Positions 1-10,901 of a DNA stretch of 64,000 bases are shown here, in pieces; positions within the stretch are counted from its first letter, which is position 1, and every line of letters starts with the position of its first letter. A program made the position numbers and the translations under genes. The notes beneath the pieces were generated by a model that was not told the DNA's origin, did not search any database, and worked only from the letters and a program-made list of their open reading frames with translations. Origin of the DNA: Selaginella moellendorffii (Eukaryota; Plantae; Lycopodiophyta); contig NW_003314340.1 of the NCBI RefSeq assembly GCF_000143415.4, forward strand, positions 193,141 through 257,140, written 5' to 3'.

Positions 1-120
1 GAATAGGGAAGTGTCTCGAGAATCAGGAATAGGGAAGTGTTCGAGAGTCAGGAATGTGGTTTGCAGGTCAGGAATCCGGCGAGAGTCAAGAATGTGGCAA
101 GAATTGGGGGATTCCTGACA
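1..120 (-). repeat. 3' LTR (partial) of the chromovirus
   Basis: Near-identical to ~5605-5725 and ends ...ATTCCTGACA. The PPT reverse complement gcaccccctcctc is adjacent at 121-133. Confidence 0.92.
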
Positions 121-131
121 GCACCCCCTCC

Positions 132-416
132 TCAAGAACGAGTGGAACGAGGATGTGAACGAGAACGAAGAGGAGGATGAGATGAGCGGCGAAGGATGGG
201 AGATGGAGAAAAAGAATGAGGACTAGGACGAGAAGGATAGCAGCGGTGGAAGTCTTGAACAAGGTCAGGAGAATGAATCAGGTTGTCCGCAGGTTCCCAA
301 GTGCGTTCCTCAGGTCCGTAACCCTTCCAGTCCACCAAATAGTAGAGTTTAGACCGTGAAATCTTGGAATCAAGGATGTCCTGAACCTCGTACTCAGACC
401 CATCCTCGAGCTGCAC
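132..416 (-). pseudogene. Integrase C-terminal group I chromodomain
   Basis: EYEVQDILDS...YYLVDWKGYGPEERTWEPADNL with the aromatic-cage Y/W/Y retained; frameshifted relative to the integrase core. Confidence 0.9.
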
Positions 417-3232
417 TGGTGGAGGTGGAGGAATGACCCGATTTGGAATAGGACTGGGATTATAAGGCTCAAGGAGAGAGGAGTGAAAAACGGGGTGAAT
501 TTGATATGAGGAGGGAAGTGCAAGGCGATAAGTGACAGGATTAATGATGGCAGTGATAGGGAAAGGACAAAGGCGTTTGAAATTGAGTTTTGGATAGGGC
601 CTGGTGGTGGAGATATTTCGCTTGAAGAGCCAGACTTATCCCCGATATTGTAAGGGGGACAATCCTGACGATGGACATTGGCAAATGTTTTATGAGATTC
701 CTGAGCACGATGGAGGTGGAAGGAGATGGAGTTGTGGATTTCCTGGAGGTTGGAGATAAATGCCTCAGAGCGGGGATTTGAACGAGAGGATTCAGATGGA
801 GAAGGAAGTGAGAGATTGAATTGGGGATTTCGGCCAGAGTTTGCAAAGAAGGGGGAAACTCGAAGAGAGGAGTGAACAGAGTTGTTATAGGAGAACTCAG
901 CAAGAGGAAGGATATCGAACCAGTTATCCTGATGATAGTTGATGAAGCACCTCAAGAATTGTTCCAACATCTGAATCGTTCGCTCGGACTGCCCATCAGT
1001 TTGAGGATGATATACCGAAGAGAGGTTGGCCTTCACTCCAAGCAGCTGCAAAAACCGTTCCTAGAAATGAGAGATGAACTGAGGCCCCCGATCCGAAACC
1101 ACATCTGTAGGAATCCCATGAAGTCAGAAAATTTCCCTAAATACNNNNNNNNNNNNNNNNNNNNNNNNNNNNNNNNNNNNNNNNNNNNNNNNNNNNNNNN
1201 NNNNNNNNNNNNNNNNNNNNNNNNNNNNNNNNNNNNNNNNNNNNAAGCCTCCAGAACTCGGAAGATCACTCAAGAAATCCATGGAGATGGATTCCCAAGG
1301 ACCTGAAGGGACCGGAAGGGAACGAAGCAAACCTGAAGGAAGGTGGCGAGGTACCTTATTCCGGGCACAAGTATCACAGGAGGTAACAAAAGCTTTGATG
1401 TAGTTGTCCATGTGAGGCCACCAAAAGTCCCGTACAACTAGCTCATAGGTTTTCGCAATGCCGAAGTGACTAGCAGTCGGGCTATCGTGGCACGCCATCA
1501 GGACCAACCTTCGAGCATCACCTTCAGGAACGTAAAGCTGCTCCCCACGGTACAATAAACCATCTAAGAACTCGAACTCGTCAAATCGCCGGCAGTCGGG
1601 AGTCACTGGGTGTCCAGCCTGAAGATGGGGGAAAATGTCGCTAGCGAGATCATCGGATTGAAGATCGTTTTTGATTGCATCCATCAAGGAGGAGTCCTGA
1701 GGGGCCAGGGAAATTGCCATAACTTGAAGCCGATCAGGACCGAGGATAACTTGATCCTGTTGATCGAAGGCAGGATTACCAGGCCTGAGACTGAGATAGG
1801 AGCGCCTTGAAAGAGCATCAGAAAGGCCTTGAAACTTTCCAGGTCTGTACTTGATAACAAAGTCAAATCGACTTAGGAATTGTGCCCACCTTGCTTGACG
1901 ACGGCTTAAAACTCGGGAAGTGGCAAAGTACTCGAGATTTTTGTGATCCGTCCAGACTGTTGTTTGATGGCTTGCCCCCTCCAAGAAACGGTGCCACTCT
2001 CCAAAGGAATCCACGATGGCAAGGAGCTCCTTGTCGTGGATTTCGTAATTGATCTCTGCAGGCTGGAATTTCCGAGAATGGAAAGTGACCGGATGAAGTT
2101 TGTGATCCGCTCCGAGTTGAGACAGCACAGCACCAATGGCAAAGTCGGAGGCATCAGCCTCGATGAAGAAAGGTTGTGAGGAATCAGCATGGATCAAGAC
2201 AGGAGCAGAACTGAAGGCTACCTTGAGTGTGTCGAAGGCCTGTTGGGCAGCGGCAGACCAAGAGAAGGGAACATCCTTGTGAGTGAGATGTGTGAGAGGA
2301 AGGACAATGTCAGAGTAGTGATCAATGAATTTGTGGTAGAAGTTGGCGAAGCCAAGGAAAACCTGAACGTCTGACATTGATTGTGGAGGCTCCCATTCGA
2401 GAATAGTCTTGACTTTGGCAGGATCCATCGTGATACCCTCAGGAGTGACAATGTACCCAAGGAACTCCACAGACTGCTGATCAAAGGAACATTTCTCAAG
2501 CTTCGCGTATAGGCCGTGTTCTTGCAGCTTCGCTAGCACCTTGTGTACATGTTCGTCATGCTCCTCCTGAGTTTTTGAGTAGATGAGGATGTCATCGAGG
2601 TAGACGATCACCATCTGATCAAGAAACTCCCGAAAGACGTCATTCGCCATGTGTTGGAAAACTGCTAGAGCATTTGTCAAGCCAAATGGCATAACAGTGT
2701 ACTCGAAGTGGCCATAGCGGGTTCGGAACGCAGTCTTCCATTCATCACCAGGCCGGATCCGGATCAGGTTGTATGCTCCACGGAGGTCGATCTTGGTGAA
2801 GAAGTGGGCACCGCCGAGACGTTCTAACAGGTCCGAGATCAGGGGCAGCGGATAACGGTTTCAAACAGTCACCTTGTTCAAACCTCGGTAGTCGATGACT
2901 AGCCGCAAGCTCCCATCCTTCTTCTTGACAAAGAAGACAGGCGCTCCAGCCGGGGACTGCGAATGCTGAATGTAGCCCGAGGCAAGGTTCTCATCCACGT
3001 ACTCTTTGAGGGCCTTAAGCTCGGACGGGGATAACCCATAGATAGGCCCCCACGGAGGTGACGCTCCTTCCTGTAAATCAATGGAACAATCATAAGGTTG
3101 ATGAACAGGCAGTACACTAGCTTTTTTCTTGTCAAACACATCCCCAAAATCATGATACTTCTCAGGAAAACTGACAGGAAAAACATGCAAAGCAAAAAGA
3201 AAAAGAGGTTCTTCATAAAGGAGTTCTTTCAT
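278..3232 (-). pseudogene. pol (RT-RNaseH-integrase) of the chromovirus, interrupted
   Basis: ORFs 2861-3232, 1124-2692 and 278-1051 carry DYRGLN, MPFGL, YLDD, TDHKNL, the HHCC zinc finger and HPQTDGQSER. Confidence 0.92.
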
Positions 3233-3414
3233 AGTGATTGTGGAGATAGGAGGAGGTGTACGACTAAATGGAATGATGAGACGAGGATACGGTCCAGTGT
3301 AAGATGGAAGAGAGGAAAAAGAAGAGGGTGAAAACTTTATAGAGTCAGGAACAGAACCCCGATTTGAGTTTAGGGAACTTTTCCTGATTCGGACTCGATG
3401 AACAGCTTACCAAA

Positions 3415-3811
3415 TGTAAGCTCCTGAGTTTGGACTTCCCGGGAGGTCACCCAGCCCAGTACTATTCAAACCCAAGGACACTTAACTCCAACTATCCCAA
3501 GACCCTTAACCGATTGGAAAAGGGGGTGCACTCTTGTTCATGGGCCCTTTCCCTCTATATTTGAACCCCATGGATCGTCTCTCAAGTCATTCCCTTTGGT
3601 TGCTTACAATCCACCACGCTTCCCTGCAAGTTCACGCCCTCGTGAATGGAAGCTGAGAGCCGCAGCTCTCCCGAGAGCCTCGCTCTCTTGACACCCTACC
3701 CCTCGGGTCGAGCCCAGCGAGAGCAAACTGGACCAGCCAGATGTCCATCAACATGTGGTGTGAATCCCTTAGCCAACCAACAGAGTCGGACCCGAGACAG
3801 CTCCGATACCA
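3415..3811 (-). mobile_element. Cassandra-like TRIM unit (one 194-bp LTR with a 5S rRNA-derived segment, PPT, non-coding internal part, Met-tRNA PBS) inserted into chromovirus pol
   Basis: LTR 3415-3608 is bounded by TGTAAGC...GCTTACA. The minus strand of 3432-3487 reads AGTTAAGTGTCCTTGGGTTTGAATAGTACTGGGCTGGGTGACCTCCCGGGAAGTCC, matching the plant 5S A-box/IE/C-box region. PPT-like sequence at 3609-3625; PBS TGGTATCGGAGC at 3800-3811. Confidence 0.85.
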
Positions 3812-5290
3812 CATTACTCGTGGGAGAGATGAGCTGTAATTCCTTCCAACAGATTTGAGGCTGATGTAGTTGGAACCAAGGAAGACCGAGCACCACAGAG
3901 GAGGACTTGCTGTTGATGATGTTGAAGGCGATATCGGTGACGGTGGACCCGATGTGTACTCGAACGGGCAACGTTTCCCTAAGTCCAGAAGATGGAGACA
4001 CAAAATGCCCGCTGATGCCTTCAACCCTCAAATCCCGTATGGTAGGAGAAAGAGGAACGTGATGTCGTGCAGCAAAGTCTGTGTCCATGAAGCAGGAAGT
4101 TGCACCCGAGTCCAGTAACGCCAGAGCCTTGAGTCCTGATTGTCCGGTGAAAGAAAGGAGACATGGGACGCGGAAGTTGCGGGAATTGGTGGTGGCTTTG
4201 ATGAAAAGTGGTGAGGAGCTTGATAAAGAAAAGTGATTTTTATTCGGGGAGTCCAAACAGGCAGCTCCTACTCTATTTGGACAGGGTCGTTTCCCGACTG
4301 CAATAGAGGTGGACTTTGAGGCAGAGTGAACTCGAGCAGTCGAGGAGGCTTCTTGGGACATACAGCTGCTTTGTGATTAGGATCAGCACAATAGAGGCAA
4401 AGATGATGAGATATTCGACGTTGCTTCTCAGCAGGACTCAACTTCCCTCTAATGAGTCGGGGAGTACCAGAAATATCCATCGGAACCGGAGCAGTAGGTT
4501 CAGGAGTATGCCCCGAAGACTCAAGCTGGGATTCCTGAGTCTGGGACGGAAAAACAGCGGCGCGGTGACTTTCCTGATGTCGTTCAAAGAGACGATTGTC
4601 ACATCGAACAGCTTTGTTAATGGCATCCGACAGGTCCTTGGGATCCTCCATGGTGAGCAACAAATCCTTGACACCGTTGTTGAGGCCGAAACGAAATTGG
4701 TCAATCAGGGCCCGCTCATCCCACTGAGTGTCCAAAGCAAGGAGTTGGAACTCTGCAGCGTAGATCGAGGCAGGACGAGACCCCTAAGAGAGACGTCTCA
4801 TCTTTGTGGTAGCAGCCCGAACCCAATCCGTCTCGCCAAAACATGCTTCGAGCTTCTCTTTGAACAATTGAAGATCCATCAGTTCTGGAACCACGACCCC
4901 TTTCATGCTCTTCTCCAAAAGAGGAGAAAACCATGACAAAGCTGCACCTTTGAGCAACGTCCCAATCGCGCCGATTTGAGACTTGGGAGTAGGGTACTGC
5001 CGATGTTGAAGTGCAAAGATCAACTCCATCTGGTTCAGGAATCCGCGAAGCTCCGAACGCTTGCCTGAAAATTTTGCCAGGAAGCTCACCTTCGGTTCAG
5101 GAACTTTGCTGGATCCTTGAGCCGAAAGTGAAGCAAGCTCCTGCTGCATGCGAAGAAGGGTCGCCTTCAGCTCGGTATTCTCAGACTGGATTTTTGCAAG
5201 GACTTCAGCAAAGAAATCAGGATGGCTTGGAGACTCCATTGGCAAGAAGAAAGAAAAAAGGGGGAAAAAAAGGCAAAGGTAATCAAACAA
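3696..5290 (-). pseudogene. gag and aspartic protease of the chromovirus
   Basis: Retrotransposon gag (FSGKRSELRGFLNQ, PMDI, CCHC knuckle) with an internal stop at 4784. Protease LLDSGATSCF lies in the -1 frame, with a GGGAAAC slippery site at 4289-4295. Confidence 0.88.
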
Positions 5291-5338
5291 TCAAAACGAG
5301 CTAAATCAAAAAACGAAAAAGCACAATCTGAATCAAAC

Positions 5339-5725
5339 TGTCAAGACCCCTGACAAGATCAAGACTGGAAAATGCAAAAAGACAAAGAGAAAAGCTAGTG
5401 GAAACAAAGAAGAGGCCTTAGACTGGCGTTGATTCAGATTGTGGAGAAATGGAACAAGGCTAACCTATATATACTATAGGTTGATGAAGCTCCACCACTC
5501 TTGGATCGAGGACGACCTAAATATAGCTGAGGTCGAGGAGGCGCCACATCATCATCAGGAATGTGGTTCGAGACTCAGGAATCGGGAAGTGTCTCGAGAG
5601 TCAGGAATAGGGAAGTGTCTCGAGAGTCAGGAATAGGGAAGTGTCTCGAGAGTCAGGAATGTGGTTTGCAGGTCAGGAATCCGGCGAGAGTCAAGAATGT
5701 GGCAAGAATTGGGGGATTCCTAACA
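5339..5725 (-). repeat. 5' LTR of the chromovirus with internal 26-bp tandem repeats
   Basis: TGTCAAG...CCTAACA ends; about 3 copies of GAGAGTCAGGAATAGGGAAGTGTCTC at ~5571-5660; TATA-like run at 5466-5473. Confidence 0.9.
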
Positions 5726-8294
5726 TTGACTACCGTGCTTTGAACAAGAAGACAGTGAAGGATAAGATGCCGATGCCACGTGTGGATGATATCCTAGACA
5801 AGCTTGGTGAAGCACGAGTGTTTACCAAGATTGATCTGAGGAGTGGATATCATTAGATTGCAATGGATGATGCATCTATCTCCAAGACGGCATTCAACAC
5901 AAGCTTCGGACATTTTGAGTTTACAGTCATGCCGTTTGGTTTGACGAATGCACCGGCCACATTTACTCGGTTGATGACAGAGGAATTTGGGCATTATCTT
6001 CATGAGTTTGTGGAGATTTTCTTGGACGATATTCTTGTTTTTAGCAAGAATATGGAGGAGCATAGGGTGCATTTGCGCAAGGTTCTTTTGTTACTTCGAG
6101 ACAGCAAACTTTATGCGAAGAAGAGCAAATGTGAATTTGCAAAGTCGGAGGTGGAATATCTAGGCCATATTGTGACATCTAAGGGTGTCAAGACGGATCC
6201 AAGGAAGGTGGCTGTGGTGGAAAACTAGCCTACACCGACTACAGTGGCCGAGTTGCGCAGTTTTCTTGGTATGGCTAGTTACTACCGACGTTTCCAGCAT
6301 AAGTTTGCAGAGGTGGCTATTCCTTTGACACGGATGCTACGCAAGAATGTGCCATTCGAGTGGAAGACGCCACAAGAGGAGAGTTTTGTGGCGCTGAAAC
6401 GATTGTTGAGCGAGGCTCCAGTGCTTCGCATAGCTGATCCATCGAAACCTTACAAGGTGACATGCGATGCGAGTGGTTATGCACTGGGAGGAGTTCTCAT
6501 GCAAGAGGGACAGCCTATTGCATATGAGAGTCGAACTTTGAATTCCACGGAGCAACGCTATTCCACATATGAGCAAGAGTTACTCTCTATTGTTCATGCT
6601 TTGCGGACGTGGCGACACTATCTTTATGGTGCAGTGTTTGTGGTGTTGACAGATCACAAACCACTTGTGTATCTTTTCACACAGAAGGAGTTGAACACTA
6701 GGCAAGCTTGTTGGATGGTCAAATTCATGGAGTTTGGGGAGTTTCCTACTGAGCATCGTCCGGGAAAAACAAATGTAGTGGCGGATGCTTTATCTCGTGT
6801 TCGTCATGTGACGACGTTACAAACACGATTTTGTCATCATTTGAGTAAGGTGGTCAGCGAGTTTGGGCAATTGGTTGAGCATGCTCAGGCTCAAGATGCT
6901 GAGGTGGCCTCTTTGCGAGACCAGATGGAAGCTCCTTTCTCATTGGTGGCTGGGATTCTCTACTACAATGGCCGTGTCTATTTGCCACAGGTGGATGCAT
7001 TAATTACTCAAGTTTTATTCCACTATCATGATCGTCTAGAGGCCGGTCATTTTGGGGGGAAGAAGACGTATGAGTTGATTAAGCGGAACTTTTATTGGAG
7101 GAATATGAAGGCTGATATCCTCAAGTATTGTAAATCATGCGAGCTTTGTCAGCGGGTTAAGGTGCCACGGGAGAAGCCATGGGGACTTTTGCAACCTTTA
7201 CCTATTCCTTAGAGCCGTTGGTGTGGAAATCATTAGTGATCGAGATTCAAAGTTCACTAGTGGATTTTGGAAAAGCTTTGCAAAGGCTATGCAAGTGACT
7301 TTGAAACTCTCGAGTGGAGATCATCCTCAGACGGATGGGCAAACTGAGCGTGTGAATCAGGTGGTGGAGGATATGCTACGTTGTAGCATTGGTCAAAGGC
7401 AAGGACAGTGGGATCTATATCTTCCGTTAGTGCAATTTGCTTACAACAATAGCCAACACAGTGGAACCAAGCTAAGTCCTTACTTTGCCATGTTTGGAAG
7501 GCATCCTCGAACAGCGGTGGAGTTGGGATTGCATTTGAGTAAGGACGTTCAAGATAAGCTTGATTCCGAGGCAACTGATCTGGCCACAGAACTTGATGAG
7601 ATTCTGGTGGTGTGTAAACGGAATTTGCAAGCAGCTCAGGATAGAGCGGAGAAGTTTGCCAATGAGCATTGCCAATTCCGGGAATATAAGGTGGGTGATC
7701 TCGCCTTTGTGCGAGTGATCTTTCCGTCAAGTGAGCGGCGGAACACCTTGGTGCCTTTACGGACAGGGAAGAGTGATAAACTTTCCCATCGATATGCTGG
7801 TCATATGAAGTGCTGGAGCGCATTGGTAAAGCGGCTTATCGGGTGCGGCTGCCAGTTGGGGTGAAAATTCATCCAGTATTTTATGTCAGCCAGTTGAAAG
7901 GTGTACTATCTCGGAGTGACGGGCCCAATGCCTCCTTGATGTATACGGCTGTGGAAGATGGACCAAGAGTTTGAGCAGGATTCCCCAGAAAGGGTGATCA
8001 CCGGTACAACTCGTCCTTGGGACAAGGACTTTGTTGGGGGAAAGAATTGTTAGGCGCCAGCTTTGACTACGTGGTCAACATCGGTCAAAGGGAGGCTCAA
8101 GGGTATATTAAGGCATGTTAGGGTAAGGGACTTAACCTACCCTAAGGCTCACAGTGGAGTGGCGGCGCAGTGGAGCTTTTGAGGTAGCTTGGGTGTGGTT
8201 GGGTGGTGAGGAACCTCAAGAGGTGAACCTCAAGAGGTGGCGTAGCATAGTCTAGGGCAACTAGATCTTTGTCTTTTTGCGCCGGATCATAACA
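5726..8294 (+). mobile_element. 3' half of a second Ty3/gypsy element (RT, RNase H, deleted integrase, PPT, 3' LTR), split by the chromovirus
   Basis: Sequence resumes in RT at (I)[13 protein letters not shown] directly after the LTR. FLDD, CDASGYALG and HPQTDGQTER are present, with an integrase-core deletion near 7212-7223. Purine tract at ~8036-8046; putative LTR TGTTAGG...ATAACA at 8048-8294. Confidence 0.88.
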
Positions 8295-8296
8295 TT

Positions 8297-8787
8297 GCTC
8301 CGATACCAATGTTAGGATCCTATCCCTTACACCCTAAGCCAACTGGCTAAAGGGGTGATCACTTGATTGTAGGGCCCTTTGCTCCGATACCAATGTTAGG
8401 ATCCTATCCCTTACACCCTAAGCCAACTGGCTAAAGGGGTGATCACTTGATTGTAGGGCCCTTTCCTTATCCTATTATCCTGACCTGGTGCCTAACAATC
8501 CTCCCCCTCGTCAGGGAATGATCATCCGCGATCATACTTAGGCCACCATCCGGTCACCATGGTCCTTCTCTTAGGGTCTACCAAACTTTGGTTCTCCCTC
8601 TAGATCCACCATGTTGAATATTCCTTCAGAATATTCTTGCTCCACTTGTCAGCCATGAGAATCGAACTAGGTTCCGATACCAATGTTAGGATCCTATCCC
8701 TTACACCCTAAGCCAACTGGCTAAAGGGGTGATCACTTGATTGTAGGGCCCTTTCCTTATCCTATTATCCTGACCTGGTGCCTAACA
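8297..8787 (-). mobile_element. TRIM (104-bp LTRs) in partial tandem array, inserted in a GH3 gene
   Basis: Identical LTRs TGTTAGGATCC...GCCTAACA at 8394-8497 and 8684-8787, plus a partial third copy at 8310-8380. Met-type PBS (rc of TGGTATCGGA) occurs three times; PPT rc at 8498-8510; the internal region is ~186 bp and non-coding. Confidence 0.88.
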
Positions 8788-9947
8788 GAGTCAACGTACT
8801 GTCACTTGCTCTGCAGGCTCATTCAACGCATGGAAGTGGATTATATTACCTCTTTCTTTGCTTACACCCTTGTCCAGGCGCTCAGCATGCTGGAGGCTGA
8901 ATGGAGGAACCTCTGTCATGACATAAGAACTGGAAAACTGGATGAGAGAGTCAAAGATGTCAAACTGAGGGCACATGTTGCAGGGGTGCTGCATGAAGAT
9001 CCAGATTCAGCTGGCTTCATAGAAGTGGTCTGCACCAGCAAGAAGTCATGGGATCAAGGGATATTTCCACAACTTTAAATACTTATGGACTGTGGTAACA
9101 GATAGTTTTTTGCTTTCCTTTGTAATGTGTGTGGTTTTGCACCTGTAGGTGGCATGAAGCCGTACATTCCTCCTCTACGGAGGTATGCAGGATGTGTGCA
9201 TATTATAGGAAGGGCGTACATGGGTTCCGAAGGAGTATACGGAATAAACATGGATCCCGCTACTGAACCCAAGAACGTTGTCTTCACACTTGTCCCTACG
9301 ACATTATATATGGAGTTTCTTCTGCTCAGAGACAACAAGCTGAGCAGTACGAGCTAGTTATTACCACACATTCAGGTGAGCAGTCGATCTTGTTTCATTT
9401 CTCATTCACTGGCATGGGCTTTACAGGTTAGTATCGGTACAAAGTGGGGGATGTGGTCAAAGTCGTTTCTTTCTTTCACCAGAGCCAACAAATGGCCTTT
9501 GAATATCGTACCAGTGCGCTGCTAAGCGTAAACCTGGACGTAACTAGTGAACAAGAGCTCCAGAACGTGGTAAGAAGAACATGCAACGAAGAAAACCTGG
9601 AAATCGTGGATTTCACAAGTCACTCAAACCAGACGGAGCAGCCTGGCTACTATATCTACTGGGAGCTGAAAACCGAGCCAGATTACTCCAATCATGAGCT
9701 TCTAAACAGGTGTTGTGATGTTCTGGATTGCTCCTTCACTTCTTCCGCATACATCATGGGGAGAAGAAGTGGCACAATCGGACCCCTCAAGCTTGTCATC
9801 CTGGAAAGAGGCAGCTTTGGCAGGATTATGGAGCATGCTGTGAGCAATGGCTCCGCACCTGGACAGTACAAAACTCCAAGGTGCATCAAGACCCCAAAAG
9901 TGCTGAAGATTTTAGAAGAGGGCATTAAATATCCAAGAAAACTATAA
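8788..9947 (+). pseudogene. GH3: GH3 acyl-acid amido synthetase (JAR1-like) 3' remnant
   Basis: ESTYCHLLC, WRNLCHDIRTG, MKPYIPPLRRYAG, YMGSEG..GIN, YRYKVGDVVKV, GPLKLVILERGSF and QYKTPRCI motifs. In-frame stop at 9076-9078, deletions, and the 5' part cut off by the TE nest. Confidence 0.88.
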
Positions 9948-10901
9948 ATAACTAGCCCAACATGTACTTAGCAAAATATTGTTTTAATTTTTTAATATAT
10001 TAAAAACTAAATTAGAATTGTATCAAAACAACAAATATTGTATTCCACTTTGATTGAGAGAGAATTATGCCTAGAAAATGCTACATGAATACAAAAATAA
10101 ATTCTTGGAAACTTGATAATATAACTATTTAAAACAAAATATATTCCTAGGTATAAATAAGAATAAATATTCATTCATTAAAATGTTATATATAAATTAT
10201 TATTTGGAAATATGAATATATTTAGAAAATTAACTGAAAAAGAAAAAATTAAAAATAAATTTTATATTATTAAAAATATGTTATATGTAAATTATATTTT
10301 TACTTGGGATAAAATTATTATGAATTTATCAAATAAAATAAAATAATTTCTGCAAGACATTAATTAATTATAATTTTTACTCAAAATATAGAACAATAAG
10401 TTTTTAGGAACATTAATATATTACTACCCAGATCCAATCAAGAAAATAATTATTTTTAAATATATATGATAAATTCAAATTTTATAATGTAGTAATAAAC
10501 TATATTTGTGGTTAGTAAAAAAAAAAAATATTATTGTTTAATCAAATACTACATACATTATCATAGTTTTTCTGATAATTAGTTAAATTGTAAATAGCTA
10601 AGGCTACATATAAAAATATAATATGTACTTTTATTGTAAAAATTATTTAGTGTTTTTGTATTAACACTTGAAACTTTAATTATGCTCCTATATATTTATA
10701 AAACTAAGTTAACCTACATTTGATATACCATCACCTAGTGTTAAATTTTATATATTTTAATGATATTTAGACAGGCCATTTGTACAGAATATAATTTTTT
10801 ATTATATTTGTAAATACTGTTAAAATTAAATTATAAAAGTTAATTTTGACATAAACTATTCAAAGATTATAATACTTTATAGAAAAGAATATATTTAGGT
10901 A

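Larger units (their letters stand above)
1..5725 (-). mobile_element. Ty3/gypsy chromovirus (Tcn1/Tf1-sushi-like) LTR retrotransposon, degenerate; 3' LTR runs off the window start
   Basis: Minus-strand order: gag (4268-5290, Zn knuckle CLYCADPNHKAAVC), protease (LLDSGAT, 3696-4361), RT (YLDD), RNase H (DASDFAIG), integrase (HPQTDGQSER), chromodomain (132-416). LTRs at 5339-5725 and 1-120; PPT at 121-133. Several stops/frameshifts and an N gap at 1145-1244. Confidence 0.95.

Noticed and set aside
1145-1244. Poly-X segments in ORFs
   Set aside because: Assembly gap of 100 Ns.
3432-3487. 5S rRNA gene
   Set aside because: Only the internal promoter segment is present, and it is embedded in an LTR.
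5571-5660. Regularly spaced 26-bp repeats resembling a CRISPR array (also at 1-60)
   Set aside because: Head-to-tail with no unique spacers, inside LTRs of a eukaryotic retrotransposon.
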